The position numbers were made by a program, and so were the translations under genes. A stretch of DNA of 64,000 bases. Origin: a candidate division WWE3 bacterium GW2011_GWC2_41_23. Its GTDB lineage: Bacteria > Patescibacteriota > WWE3 > UBA101185 > UBA10185. Shown here in pieces: positions 1 to 6,990 of the stretch. The first letter of the stretch is position 1; every line of letters starts with the position of its first letter. The notes under the pieces are model-generated. The model was not told the origin of the DNA, did no database searches, and saw only the letters and a list, made by a program, of their open reading frames with translations. Location: contig LCBB01000003.1 of assembly GCA_000996895.1 (NCBI GenBank), forward strand, positions 3,659-67,658, written 5' to 3'.

Positions 1-184
1 TCTTTTCAAACTCATCGAAATTGGCGGCTATTCTGTGGGTTATGAAACCAAAAGTCTCGCCGTTTTTTACCAGTCTGTACGATTGAACGTAGGTGGCTGT
101 TATTGCCTGCTGGAGGGTGTGAAATACCCTAACATCCACGGCTTTTTGAACACCTTGAGCTTTCGGGCTTGGGTCCATATACAT
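1..184 (-). CDS. hypothetical protein, 3' part outside window (N-terminus MYMDPSPKAQGVQKAVDVRVFHTLQQ...)
   Basis: Reverse complement of 176-200 reads AAGGAGAGAA-ATG-TAT-ATG, with the SD AAGGAG at 189-194 (minus strand). The ORF runs off the window start. It is absent from the ORF track, which likely lists only complete ORFs. Confidence 0.4.
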   Translation of the reverse strand, partial: MYMDPSPKAQGVQKAVDVRVFHTLQQAITATYVQSYRLVKNGETFGFITHRIAANFDEFEK

Positions 185-237
185 TTCTCTCCTTTTCTAA
201 GATTTACGGGGATTTTAGCACAATTTAGGGGAAATAC

Positions 238-265
238 TAAATGGAGCCAAAGGTGGGGATCGAAC
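238..265. repeat. 28-bp direct repeat (taaatggagccaaaggtggggatcgaac) identical to the tRNA-Thr 3' end plus 4 nt; att-like distal copy
   Basis: Exact 28-nt match to 2163-2190, which covers the T-loop-to-CCA 3' portion of the minus-strand tRNA-Thr plus 4 flanking nt. Confidence 0.8.
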
Positions 266-276
266 GGGGGTTAGAT

Positions 277-795
277 TTAATCCGGTACTTTCATATTTTC
301 AAATTGCTCGTTTGCCCATTTTATGTGTTCTTCCAAGCTTTGGGAAAGGCCGAAATCAGCCCTGATTTTATTCACATTCTTTGGATTTTGAAGGGGAAGT
401 GGTTCGGATACGCTCTTACCATCCATGTTCTTGTGAATCTGCATAATTTCACCGAAGCGCTGTTTTTTTCCGCTACGTACGAGAGCATTATCAATTAATA
501 TGGCAACTTTTTCTCTGTCAGATGTACATTTTAGTATTTCGTCGGATTCGCAAATGCTTTCGATGAATTTTAGGTCTCTTGAGTGGCAGGATAGTGTTAT
601 GAACCGGTTAACACCCGATTCACCTAATTTACAAACAAAATCTGTCCCGAGAGTGCCGATTAAAAACTTCAGAATGTTTGTGGTAATGGTATCTGTAATT
701 TTGACAGGTAACACACCGTATTTTCCTTGGTATCTGACTTTTTGATCTACTTTAAATAGTATTGAAAGGAAGAAATTAACTATTTTGATTTTCAT
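277..795 (-). CDS. hypothetical protein (172 aa) inside the tRNA-Thr-associated island, downstream of the ATP-grasp gene
   Basis: Complete ORF with ATG start. It follows a terminator-like hairpin after the ATP-grasp gene. No recognisable motifs and a weak SD. Confidence 0.35.
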   Translation of the reverse strand: MKIKIVNFFLSILFKVDQKVRYQGKYGVLPVKITDTITTNILKFLIGTLGTDFVCKLGESGVNRFITLSCHSRDLKFIESICESDEILKCTSDREKVAILIDNALVRSGKKQRFGEIMQIHKNMDGKSVSEPLPLQNPKNVNKIRADFGLSQSLEEHIKWANEQFENMKVPD

Positions 796-817
796 ATAAG
801 TTTATTTAAAAAAGGCC

Positions 818-850
818 TGCAGGTGGTGCAAATTTCATGCATTGTGCAGG
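818..850 (-). terminator. rho-independent terminator-like hairpin after the ATP-grasp gene
   Basis: ggcctgcag...ctgcaggcc 8-9 bp stem, followed on the minus strand by TTTTTTT (ggcctttttttaaat). Confidence 0.5.
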
Positions 851-858
851 CCTTGCTG

Positions 859-1788
859 TTAATTCAGAAGCTTAGCAATCTCTTGGGCTATAGGGTGTCT
901 GCCTCCATTTTGAACAAAAATCCACGAACCTGTCGGATTGTTCTCTAGGAAGTAGTATATACCGTCTGTGCCTAAGATAAAATCCATTGCGCTAAACTTC
1001 AACCCGAAGTTTCGGACAAATGCGACACACCTGCTTTCTAGTTCTGCTGGAAGTTCTATGCGGCTATAGATTAGTTCGCCTTTTCTCCCATCTCTATAGT
1101 CCACGTCGTTTGTTTTCCGACCGACTTGTGTAATGGAGATGGAAAACACTCTATCGCCAACCACGATTGTTCTAATGTCAAACACCCTTTCTATTTCCTC
1201 CTGAAATATTGCCGGGGAAATAGGTAGCAGGCTGAAATCAACGGGGTCCTCCAGACCTATCCTGTTGGTAAAGATTGCCAAGAGTTTTCCCTCGCTGTTT
1301 ATAAGCATCTGTTTAGCTACGGGTTTAACTACAATTTTACCAACATCTGATCTGAACCTAATTGCCTCTTCGGGGCTGCTGGTTACTAGGGTTCTGGGTA
1401 TGGTCATGCCTAAACACTTGGCGGTTTCAAGCTGTAGCTGTTTGTTATCCGCGCGTTTTATGCGGTAAGGGTTTGACACCCACCGGGCTTTTTCCAGGAG
1501 TCCGTACAACTGGAAAACCATTTCTTCTCTGCACGCCCTGTTAAGCATCTCGTACGATCCGGCTTTTTCTTTTGTGTAAAAAAGGTTGGCGATGCGAAAC
1601 CATACGGAGGTAACGCTGTCAAGATCGAGGTTGTCCAAAGAGTGTCTGAATTTGTTTCCATTCCACTCATAGGACAGTTTTGGGAAGGGTATGTCATCAA
1701 TGTTCAGGCGTACAATTGGTTTGTCAATGTACTTTGTGACTTCCTGGAGCGTACGGTCGTTTGTGAGAGTGATTACTAACAGGCACAC
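859..1788 (-). CDS. ATP-grasp ligase, RimK/MdnC-MvdD-like (candidate graspetide/ribosomal peptide maturase)
   Basis: N-terminal 'CLLVITLTNDRTLQEV...RLNIDDIPFP' and C-terminal 'DVDYRDGRK...ELPAELESRCVAFVRNFGLKFSAMDFIL..DGIYYFLENNPTGSWIF' match the ATP-grasp peptide-ligase pattern (xENNPxGxW). Proposed start is GTG at 1788, preceded by AAGGAG 9 nt upstream. The track's TTG start at 1857 would overlap the upstream terminator hairpin. Confidence 0.7.
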   Translation of the reverse strand: MCLLVITLTNDRTLQEVTKYIDKPIVRLNIDDIPFPKLSYEWNGNKFRHSLDNLDLDSVTSVWFRIANLFYTKEKAGSYEMLNRACREEMVFQLYGLLEKARWVSNPYRIKRADNKQLQLETAKCLGMTIPRTLVTSSPEEAIRFRSDVGKIVVKPVAKQMLINSEGKLLAIFTNRIGLEDPVDFSLLPISPAIFQEEIERVFDIRTIVVGDRVFSISITQVGRKTNDVDYRDGRKGELIYSRIELPAELESRCVAFVRNFGLKFSAMDFILGTDGIYYFLENNPTGSWIFVQNGGRHPIAQEIAKLLN

Positions 1789-1814
1789 GGCATTACTCTC
1801 CTTGTCGGACGTAC

Positions 1815-1855
1815 AAAAAAAGATGGGGAAGGTCTGTGGTGGTAAGCACTTCCCC
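1815..1855 (-). terminator. intrinsic terminator/attenuator between precursor peptide gene and ATP-grasp gene
   Basis: Minus strand: GGGGAAG-(17 nt loop)-CTTCCCC followed by ATCTTTTTTT. It lies between the precursor stop (1869) and the ligase SD (about 1799-1804). Confidence 0.6.
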
Positions 1856-1868
1856 AAGGTAGCGACGC

Positions 1869-1988
1869 TCAGCAGGATTCGTAGTCGGTCTGTGTCCCGC
1901 TGGTATCGGCGTCATAAGTACACTTGCCATCGCATGTGGACTCGTCCGTTCTTTCAAGAACAACAACAAATTGCTCGTAGAAAGACAT
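1869..1988 (-). CDS. candidate graspetide (microviridin-like) RiPP precursor peptide, 39 aa: MSFYEQFVVVLERTDESTCDGKCTYDADTSGTQTDYESC
   Basis: Hand translation of the minus strand. ATG at 1986-1988 with the SD AAGGAGG 6 nt upstream; TGA stop at 1869-1871. The N-terminal aromatic helix-like segment (FYEQFVVV) resembles the PFFARFL-type leader motif. The C-terminal core is rich in Thr/Ser, Asp/Glu and Lys plus 3 Cys. The gene sits immediately upstream of the ATP-grasp ligase on the same strand. Confidence 0.65.
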   Translation of the reverse strand: MSFYEQFVVVLERTDESTCDGKCTYDADTSGTQTDYESC

Positions 1989-2034
1989 TGTAACCTCCTT
2001 TCTTATATATTCGATATGTACCAATTCTGAGTGT

Positions 2035-2062
2035 ATTGTATCCCAAGCTTTTGTCCTGTCAA
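2035..2062 (-). promoter_or_regulatory. sigma70-like promoter for the precursor peptide gene (-35 TTGACA, 16-nt spacer, -10 TACAAT)
   Basis: Minus strand TTGACAggacaaaagcttgggaTACAAT, located about 45 nt upstream of the precursor ATG. Confidence 0.55.
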
Positions 2063-2162
2063 ATGTTGTGGTGGCAAGGTTTTCTCCTAATGAGGTTGCT
2101 GACCTTGGGGGTAGCCTTCGCTGTAGTGGAATCCGCGCACAGGCTTGTGTAATTTGAGTTTT

Positions 2163-2190
2163 TAAATGGAGCCAAAGGTGGGGATCGAAC
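2163..2190. repeat. proximal copy of the 28-bp direct repeat (within the tRNA-Thr 3' end)
   Basis: Identical to 238-265. Confidence 0.8.
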
Positions 2191-2241
2191 CCACAACCTG
2201 CTGTTTACAAAACAGCTGCTCTACCATTGAGCTACTTTGGC
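2167..2241 (-). tRNA. tRNA-Thr (anticodon UGU), CCA encoded
   Basis: Reverse complement is GCCAAAGTAGCTCAATGGTAGAGCAGCTGTTTTGTAAACAGCAGGTTGTGGGTTCGATCCCCACCTTTGGCTCCA. It has a 7-bp acceptor stem, a GCTC/GAGC D-stem, a GCTGT/ACAGC anticodon stem with loop TTTGTAA, and a GTGGG/CCCAC T-stem with TTCGATC loop. Confidence 0.9.
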
Positions 2242-2366
2242 GAGTGTAACGAGCCAATGAGCGATGAAGTCGCACCTTTGGCGAGGCGAAGCGGGCCAAA
2301 GACTAATGACTTTGGCGAGTGTAACGAGCCAATGAGCGATGAAGTCGCACCTTTGGCGAGGCGAGG
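2235..2366. repeat. tandem duplication (2 x 55 bp, 76-bp period) of the tRNA-Thr 5' leader plus first 7-8 nt; upstream copy carries a minimal acceptor-stem hairpin
   Basis: ctttggcgagtgtaacgagccaatgagcgatgaagtcgcacctttggcgaggcga occurs at 2235-2289 and 2311-2365. On the minus strand the upstream unit ends GCCAAAG-tcattagt-CTTTGGC. Confidence 0.75.
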
Positions 2367-2524
2367 ATAGCATAAACCAATAGATTTTAGCACGAAATTT
2401 TTTGCAATAGAAAGAGTTGTTGTCCGCGTATGCGGAGCGATCCTGTTTACGTAATCTTTATATTTGTTGTAGAATCGGGTAAATACTTTTTTCTATTCAT
2501 GTAAGTCCAAAAGGAGAGCGCTAA

Positions 2525-2743
2525 ATGAATACGAAAGATGGTGACCCACTTAGGAAGAGTGCTGTTAATTATAATACCGGTGTTTCTAATACCGGTAATA
2601 ATTGGGGCGTTTCTACACCGATGCTATGGCATGAATCTTCAAGCATCAGCATTGCGGTCGACCACTGCTTGGGTTGTCAATGCCTGGATTCAGCCTGTCT
2701 TCACTGCCGCCACAAGCAGAACAGAAACCATAACGGACACTGA
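2525..2743 (+). CDS. small Cys-rich protein (72 aa; C-terminal HCLGCQCLDSACLHCRH), unknown function
   Basis: SD AAGGAG 6 nt upstream of the ATG. A strong hairpin plus T-run terminator follows at 2803-2856. An overlapping alternative frame (2538..2765) encodes a hydrophobic 75-aa peptide, so frame assignment is uncertain. Confidence 0.4.
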   Translation: MNTKDGDPLRKSAVNYNTGVSNTGNNWGVSTPMLWHESSSISIAVDHCLGCQCLDSACLHCRHKQNRNHNGH

Positions 2744-2802
2744 CCTTAATCAGAAAAGGAGCTAACCATTCAGGTACCTGAAAAGTATTTGCCTTATTAA
2801 AG

Positions 2803-2856
2803 CCGGAGGAACTGTGAAAATTTTTTATAAATTCACAACCTCCGGCGTAGTTTTTC
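2803..2856 (+). terminator. rho-independent terminator
   Basis: ccggaggaactgtgaa...ttcacaacctccgg stem (about 14 bp) followed by cgtagTTTTTcc. Confidence 0.6.
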
Positions 2857-2924
2857 CGTCAAAAAACCCTATATTTCTCAATCGTTGACACAGCAACGGC
2901 ATGTATGGTTTAATTCACTACGTT

Positions 2925-3173
2925 ATGTCAAGAATATGCGACTTTTGCGGTAAAACTTATCAGCAAGGAAACTTGGTCCCGAGAGGGGTCGGTAACCGTG
3001 TTACCAGAAGAACCACTAACAAGAGAAAAGCTAATTTAAGAAGTAAAAGGCTTGAGATTAACGGCCGAATGGTCAGAGTCACTATCTGTGCCTCCTGTCT
3101 GAAAAGACTTAAAAAAGACATTAAAGAGGCAAATTTGGCTTTAGTACAGGCGCAAGCACAGGTAGCCGCCTAA
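2925..3173 (+). CDS. rpmB: 50S ribosomal protein L28
   Basis: MSRICDFCGK...GN...NLRSKRLEINGRMVRVTICASCLK matches the L28 family pattern including the paired Cys motifs. Start taken at the internal Met of track ORF 2901..3173. Confidence 0.8.
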   Translation: MSRICDFCGKTYQQGNLVPRGVGNRVTRRTTNKRKANLRSKRLEINGRMVRVTICASCLKRLKKDIKEANLALVQAQAQVAA

Positions 3174-4108
3174 ACGAGATATCCGTTTTCAAACTCTTTC
3201 CACGACATCATTTTTTTCCCTTCAATTTGTAAATTATCAATCGAAATTTTATCTTTTTCCGGATGCGCGGAGTATATTTTGACCGCAAGCCCGCCGTCTA
3301 CGTGATCCCTGAACTTAATTTTTCCCTGTGAAAGACACCCGGCTTCCTGAATATCTTTCAGGTAAGTCCACGCAATAGGCCAGGGGTTAAACGCCCTAAT
3401 TTTTTGGTCGATGTTTTTTGTATCATTTTTCCAGTTAATAAGCCCGTCCTCTTTAAAAACGAAGGTATTGTGAGGATGAGTTCTGGAGAAGGTGTAAGTA
3501 GCGTTGTCTTCATCCTGGGGCATGGGCTTAATACTTCCTGAGCAGTACCCAAGAATAACATCAGGAAGTTTGTCGGCGGCAACGTGGAACAAAGTTTCGT
3601 AAAGTTCTCCCGACGTTTCGGTTTGGTTCATCTTATAACCTATCTGGCTAAGGATATCACCCGCATCCATACGTTTGCTAATAAGTTGATATGTAATTCC
3701 TGTTGTTTCGTCCCCGTTTAATATCGCGAATTGTACAGGGCTTGCTCCCCGGTATTTGGGTAGAAGAGAGAAGTGTATATTAGTCAATTTTCCGTCAAAA
3801 AATTTAATGATGTCTTCCGGAATCATGTAGCTGAAATCCGCGACTACTCCGTAGTCGGGCTTGTATTTGTGAAGGTCTTCTATCACCATTCGCAGGTCAT
3901 AATCTTTCAAGGACCTTATTTCCACATACCTGACACCCTGTTCCCGCGCCCACTTTTTAACCGCGGTTTCTCTTGTTTCGTGGTTTCTCCCCACTTTGGT
4001 ATCGCTTTTAGTAACACACAAAACCAGGCTAAACTCTTTGTGAAGACTCTCAAGTATGGGGAGCGACCTGTCCGAAGTTCCGAAAAACGCGACTTTTAAT
4101 TTTTTCAC
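3170..4108 (-). CDS. fmt: methionyl-tRNA formyltransferase
   Basis: KVAFFGTS..., SLLPKYRGASPVQFAILNGDETTGITY motifs. Overlaps the def stop, as in a def-fmt operon. Confidence 0.9.
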   Translation of the reverse strand: MKKLKVAFFGTSDRSLPILESLHKEFSLVLCVTKSDTKVGRNHETRETAVKKWAREQGVRYVEIRSLKDYDLRMVIEDLHKYKPDYGVVADFSYMIPEDIIKFFDGKLTNIHFSLLPKYRGASPVQFAILNGDETTGITYQLISKRMDAGDILSQIGYKMNQTETSGELYETLFHVAADKLPDVILGYCSGSIKPMPQDEDNATYTFSRTHPHNTFVFKEDGLINWKNDTKNIDQKIRAFNPWPIAWTYLKDIQEAGCLSQGKIKFRDHVDGGLAVKIYSAHPEKDKISIDNLQIEGKKMMSWKEFENGYLV

Positions 4109-4641
4109 TGCCCCTCCTGTGAAAATAAGGCGTCCATTTCCTGCTCGGTTATTACGCCCCCAACCACTCTGTCCGTAAACAAAACGCCCTCCAAGTGGTC
4201 TATTTCATGCTGAACTGTCCTTGCAAAAAAATCCTGAGCCTTAATTTTTATGCGTTCTCCCGAAATGTCCAGAGCATCTACTTTTATTTTTTTGTAGCGT
4301 TCTACCTTTCCGTAAACATTTGGGACGCTTAGGCACCCCTCGTAATCAATTTCGGTTTCTTTGGAGGTACTCACTATTTTAGGATTTATAAGTACGTAAT
4401 CTTCGTGTGTGTACTCGCCGTTTTTGGCGGGGTCGGGAAAAAAATTCCTTACAACACACATCTTTTTTGAAACCCCGATTTGTGTAGCGGCGATGCCGGC
4501 TCCCTCAGGGTCTTTTGCCACTTCTAAGGTATCCAGCAGGTCCCGAGCAAGCTTTTTTTCTTCTTCTCCGACCTTGCTTACCTTTTGAGCCTTGTTCCGT
4601 AACACGGGGTCAGGTATTGTAACTATTTGTCTGATTGCCAT
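4105..4641 (-). CDS. def: peptide deformylase
   Basis: GIAATQIG, EGCLSVP and HEIDHLEG motifs. Confidence 0.92.
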   Translation of the reverse strand: MAIRQIVTIPDPVLRNKAQKVSKVGEEEKKLARDLLDTLEVAKDPEGAGIAATQIGVSKKMCVVRNFFPDPAKNGEYTHEDYVLINPKIVSTSKETEIDYEGCLSVPNVYGKVERYKKIKVDALDISGERIKIKAQDFFARTVQHEIDHLEGVLFTDRVVGGVITEQEMDALFSQEGQ

Positions 4642-4737
4642 GCCTCATATTTTACCACTATTAAGGGATTTCTATGTGAGTGGGGCAGTTGAGCGTACGT
4701 GTTGTGTTATACTCGAAAATGTTACTCTAAGGTAAAT

Positions 4738-4836
4738 ATGAAACTTGTAATTGTTGAGTCGCCTACAAAAGCAAAGACGCTGTCCAAGATTTTACCTCAG
4801 TCTTACAGCATAAAGTGGTTTAGGTGTGGATGTTGA
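4738..4836 (+). other. topA: topA N-terminal fragment (MKLVIVESPTKAKTLSKIL...) in a different frame from the main topA ORF
   Basis: ATG at 4738 encodes the canonical topoisomerase I TOPRIM start, ending at TGA 4834-4836 in frame 1. The rest of topA is in frame 2. Confidence 0.6.
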
Positions 4837-6868
4837 AAAAGATTTTACCCTCACATACGAAGTCCCTTCCAAAGCAAAAAAAGTTTTGACAGATTTGAAA
4901 AAAACTGCGAAAGAGGCGGAGGAAATTGTTTTAGCAACTGATCCTGATAGGGAAGGGGAGGCGATTGCATGGCACCTGGAGGAGCTGTTGCGCGGAAAAA
5001 AAGACACAAGAGTTTTTTCACGCGTTGTTTTTCACGAACTAACTAAAGAAGCAATTAACGAAGCGTTTAAAAATCCCGGAAAAATAGATTTGGATTTGGT
5101 CGACGCCCAACAAGCACGCAGGGTGCTGGACAGATTAGTGGGCTACAAACTGTCCCCATTACTTTGGAAGAAAGTTATGTACGGGCTGTCGGCAGGCCGC
5201 GTTCAGAGCGTTGCTGTGCGGTTAGTTGTTGAACGTGAAAGGGAGCGGCAGGCATTTAACCCCGAGGAATACTGGGGGGTTTTGGGGGAATTTCAAAACG
5301 GCAGCAAAAAAAAGATTCGGGCCGAGCTTTCGGAGATAAACGGCAAGAAAGTTGAGATAAAAAACGGAGGACAGGCGGAAGAAATTAAAGCCGGGGCGTT
5401 AAAAGGAACTTATTCAGTCATCTCATTAAAAAAATCAGAGCGAAAAAAGAACCCATATCCCCCTTTCAAGACATCCACTCTCCAACAGGCAATGGCCAAT
5501 ATATATGGGTTTAACGCCAAAAAAACGATGCGGGCAGCACAGGGGTTGTTTGAGAAGGGGTACATCACCTACCACAGAACGGACTCACTGAGCCTTTCCC
5601 CGCACTTTATCAATACGGCGCGCGAACTGATAAAAAAACGCTTCGGAGAGACCTATTTGCCTGCTACCCCTAACCTATATAAGACAAAGTCAGCTAATGC
5701 TCAGGAGGCACACGAAGCAATTCGTCCTACTTCGGCACATGCAGTGCCATCAAAAAGTATAGGGTTGTCAGGAGATGAGTTTAAAACATACTCGATAATT
5801 TGGTTAAGGAGTTTAGAATGCCAGATGAATCCCTCCATATATGAACAGACATCTTTATCTATAGGTTCGGATGAGGGGTATATTTTTAAGGCTTCGGGAT
5901 CCACAGTGTTGTTCGAGGGGTGGTTGGCCGTCTCAAAAATGGTCGGAGTAAAAGAGGACGAAGAGGAAACCTCTAGTATTCTTCCGGAATTAGTCGAAGG
6001 AACCAAAATGAAGCTTCTGGAGATAAAAAATGAACAACATTTTACCCAACCTCCGGCGAGATACAACGACGCTTCTTTGATAAAAAAGATGGAGGAAATG
6101 GGAGTCGGACGACCTTCGACTTACGCGCCCACACTTTCCACCATTCAGGACCGCAAATATGTGTTACGTGACGGTAGATATTTTTACCCCAACGATGTTG
6201 CTTATGTGGTCGTTGACCTTTTAGTAGAGCACTTTCCGGAAATTGTCGATTATAACTTTACAGCCCTGATGGAGGAGAGTTTGGATAAGGTTGCGGAAGG
6301 AAAAGTACAGTGGGTTCCGGTAATACGCGAATTTTATAAACCTTTCGAAAAGAAAATACTCGCGAAAGACAAAGAACTAAATAAAAGGGATGTGACAAAT
6401 CTGGGTGACAGTGAAGAAAAATGTCCGGAATGCGGCCGTGTTCTGGTTTTTAAACTAGGCAAATTCGGCAAGTTTTTAAGCTGCTCGGGATACCCGGATT
6501 GCAAGTACGCCAAGCCTTTAGAACCACTAAACGGTGTCGGCGGGGAAGATGAAGATTTTGGAAAATGCGATAAATGCGAAGATGGAATAATGGTTTTGAA
6601 GCAGGGAAGATTCGGAAAGTTTTTAGCCTGCAGCAATTATCCGAAATGCAAGAATACTAAGCCGTTTTTGGATAAAATAGGAATGAAATGCCCGCAATGC
6701 GGGGAAGGCGAGGTAGTAAAGAAAAAGTCTAAGTGGAAAGAGTTTTACGGATGCAGCAGATACCCCGATTGCGACTGGAAGAGTTGGAAGAATCCGATGG
6801 TTGTGGCAAGTGGGAATGGGGAAGATAGCGAGAAAGAGAGTGGCGATTCAATTGACAGTTTAGTTTAA
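4826..6868 (+). CDS. topA: DNA topoisomerase I (main body; three C-terminal C4 zinc ribbons)
   Basis: DPDREGEAIAWHL, YITYHRTDS, and 3x CxxC...CxxC ribbons. The apparent 5' frameshift and small deletion are described under findings. Confidence 0.85.
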   Translation: MDVEKDFTLTYEVPSKAKKVLTDLKKTAKEAEEIVLATDPDREGEAIAWHLEELLRGKKDTRVFSRVVFHELTKEAINEAFKNPGKIDLDLVDAQQARRVLDRLVGYKLSPLLWKKVMYGLSAGRVQSVAVRLVVERERERQAFNPEEYWGVLGEFQNGSKKKIRAELSEINGKKVEIKNGGQAEEIKAGALKGTYSVISLKKSERKKNPYPPFKTSTLQQAMANIYGFNAKKTMRAAQGLFEKGYITYHRTDSLSLSPHFINTARELIKKRFGETYLPATPNLYKTKSANAQEAHEAIRPTSAHAVPSKSIGLSGDEFKTYSIIWLRSLECQMNPSIYEQTSLSIGSDEGYIFKASGSTVLFEGWLAVSKMVGVKEDEEETSSILPELVEGTKMKLLEIKNEQHFTQPPARYNDASLIKKMEEMGVGRPSTYAPTLSTIQDRKYVLRDGRYFYPNDVAYVVVDLLVEHFPEIVDYNFTALMEESLDKVAEGKVQWVPVIREFYKPFEKKILAKDKELNKRDVTNLGDSEEKCPECGRVLVFKLGKFGKFLSCSGYPDCKYAKPLEPLNGVGGEDEDFGKCDKCEDGIMVLKQGRFGKFLACSNYPKCKNTKPFLDKIGMKCPQCGEGEVVKKKSKWKEFYGCSRYPDCDWKSWKNPMVVASGNGEDSEKESGDSIDSLV

Positions 6869-6990
6869 AGTTTTAAGAATTTTTCAGTAGCTTATAGCAA
6901 TTGTCATATTGCATTGTTTGTGCTAATATCCAGCCACGCGAATGCGTTAGTCAATCAGACAAAATACTCTTAGAAAGAGGAGGAGAGAAA

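Noticed and set aside
35-498. Track ORFs 35..274 (+) and 241..498 (+) overlapping the att-like repeat and the 3' end of the 172-aa minus-strand ORF
   Set aside because: No SD. They overlap a better-supported minus-strand gene and a tRNA-derived repeat, so they are likely spurious frames.
859-1857. Track's TTG start (1857) for the ATP-grasp ORF
   Set aside because: It would place the terminator hairpin inside the coding region. The internal GTG at 1788 has a canonical AAGGAG SD, and the encoded N-terminus (VCLLVITL...) matches the usual ATP-grasp N-terminus.
1265-1993. Plus-strand ORFs 1265..1468, 1362..1544, 1691..1993 antisense to the ATP-grasp/precursor genes
   Set aside because: They lie antisense within a well-supported gene and carry no signals. 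The 1691..1993 frame overlaps the precursor gene on the opposite strand.
4834-4836. Possibility that TGA is recoded (Gly, code 25) to explain the topA stop
   Set aside because: Continuing frame 1 past TGA gives non-TopA sequence (CGKRFYPHIR). The TopA continuation is in frame 2. Other genes in the window appear to terminate at TGA (e.g. the precursor, ruvC).
5701-6636. Minus-strand ORFs inside topA (5701..6066, 6334..6636)
   Set aside because: They lie antisense within a conserved gene. Their low-complexity Ser-rich translations are typical of spurious frames.
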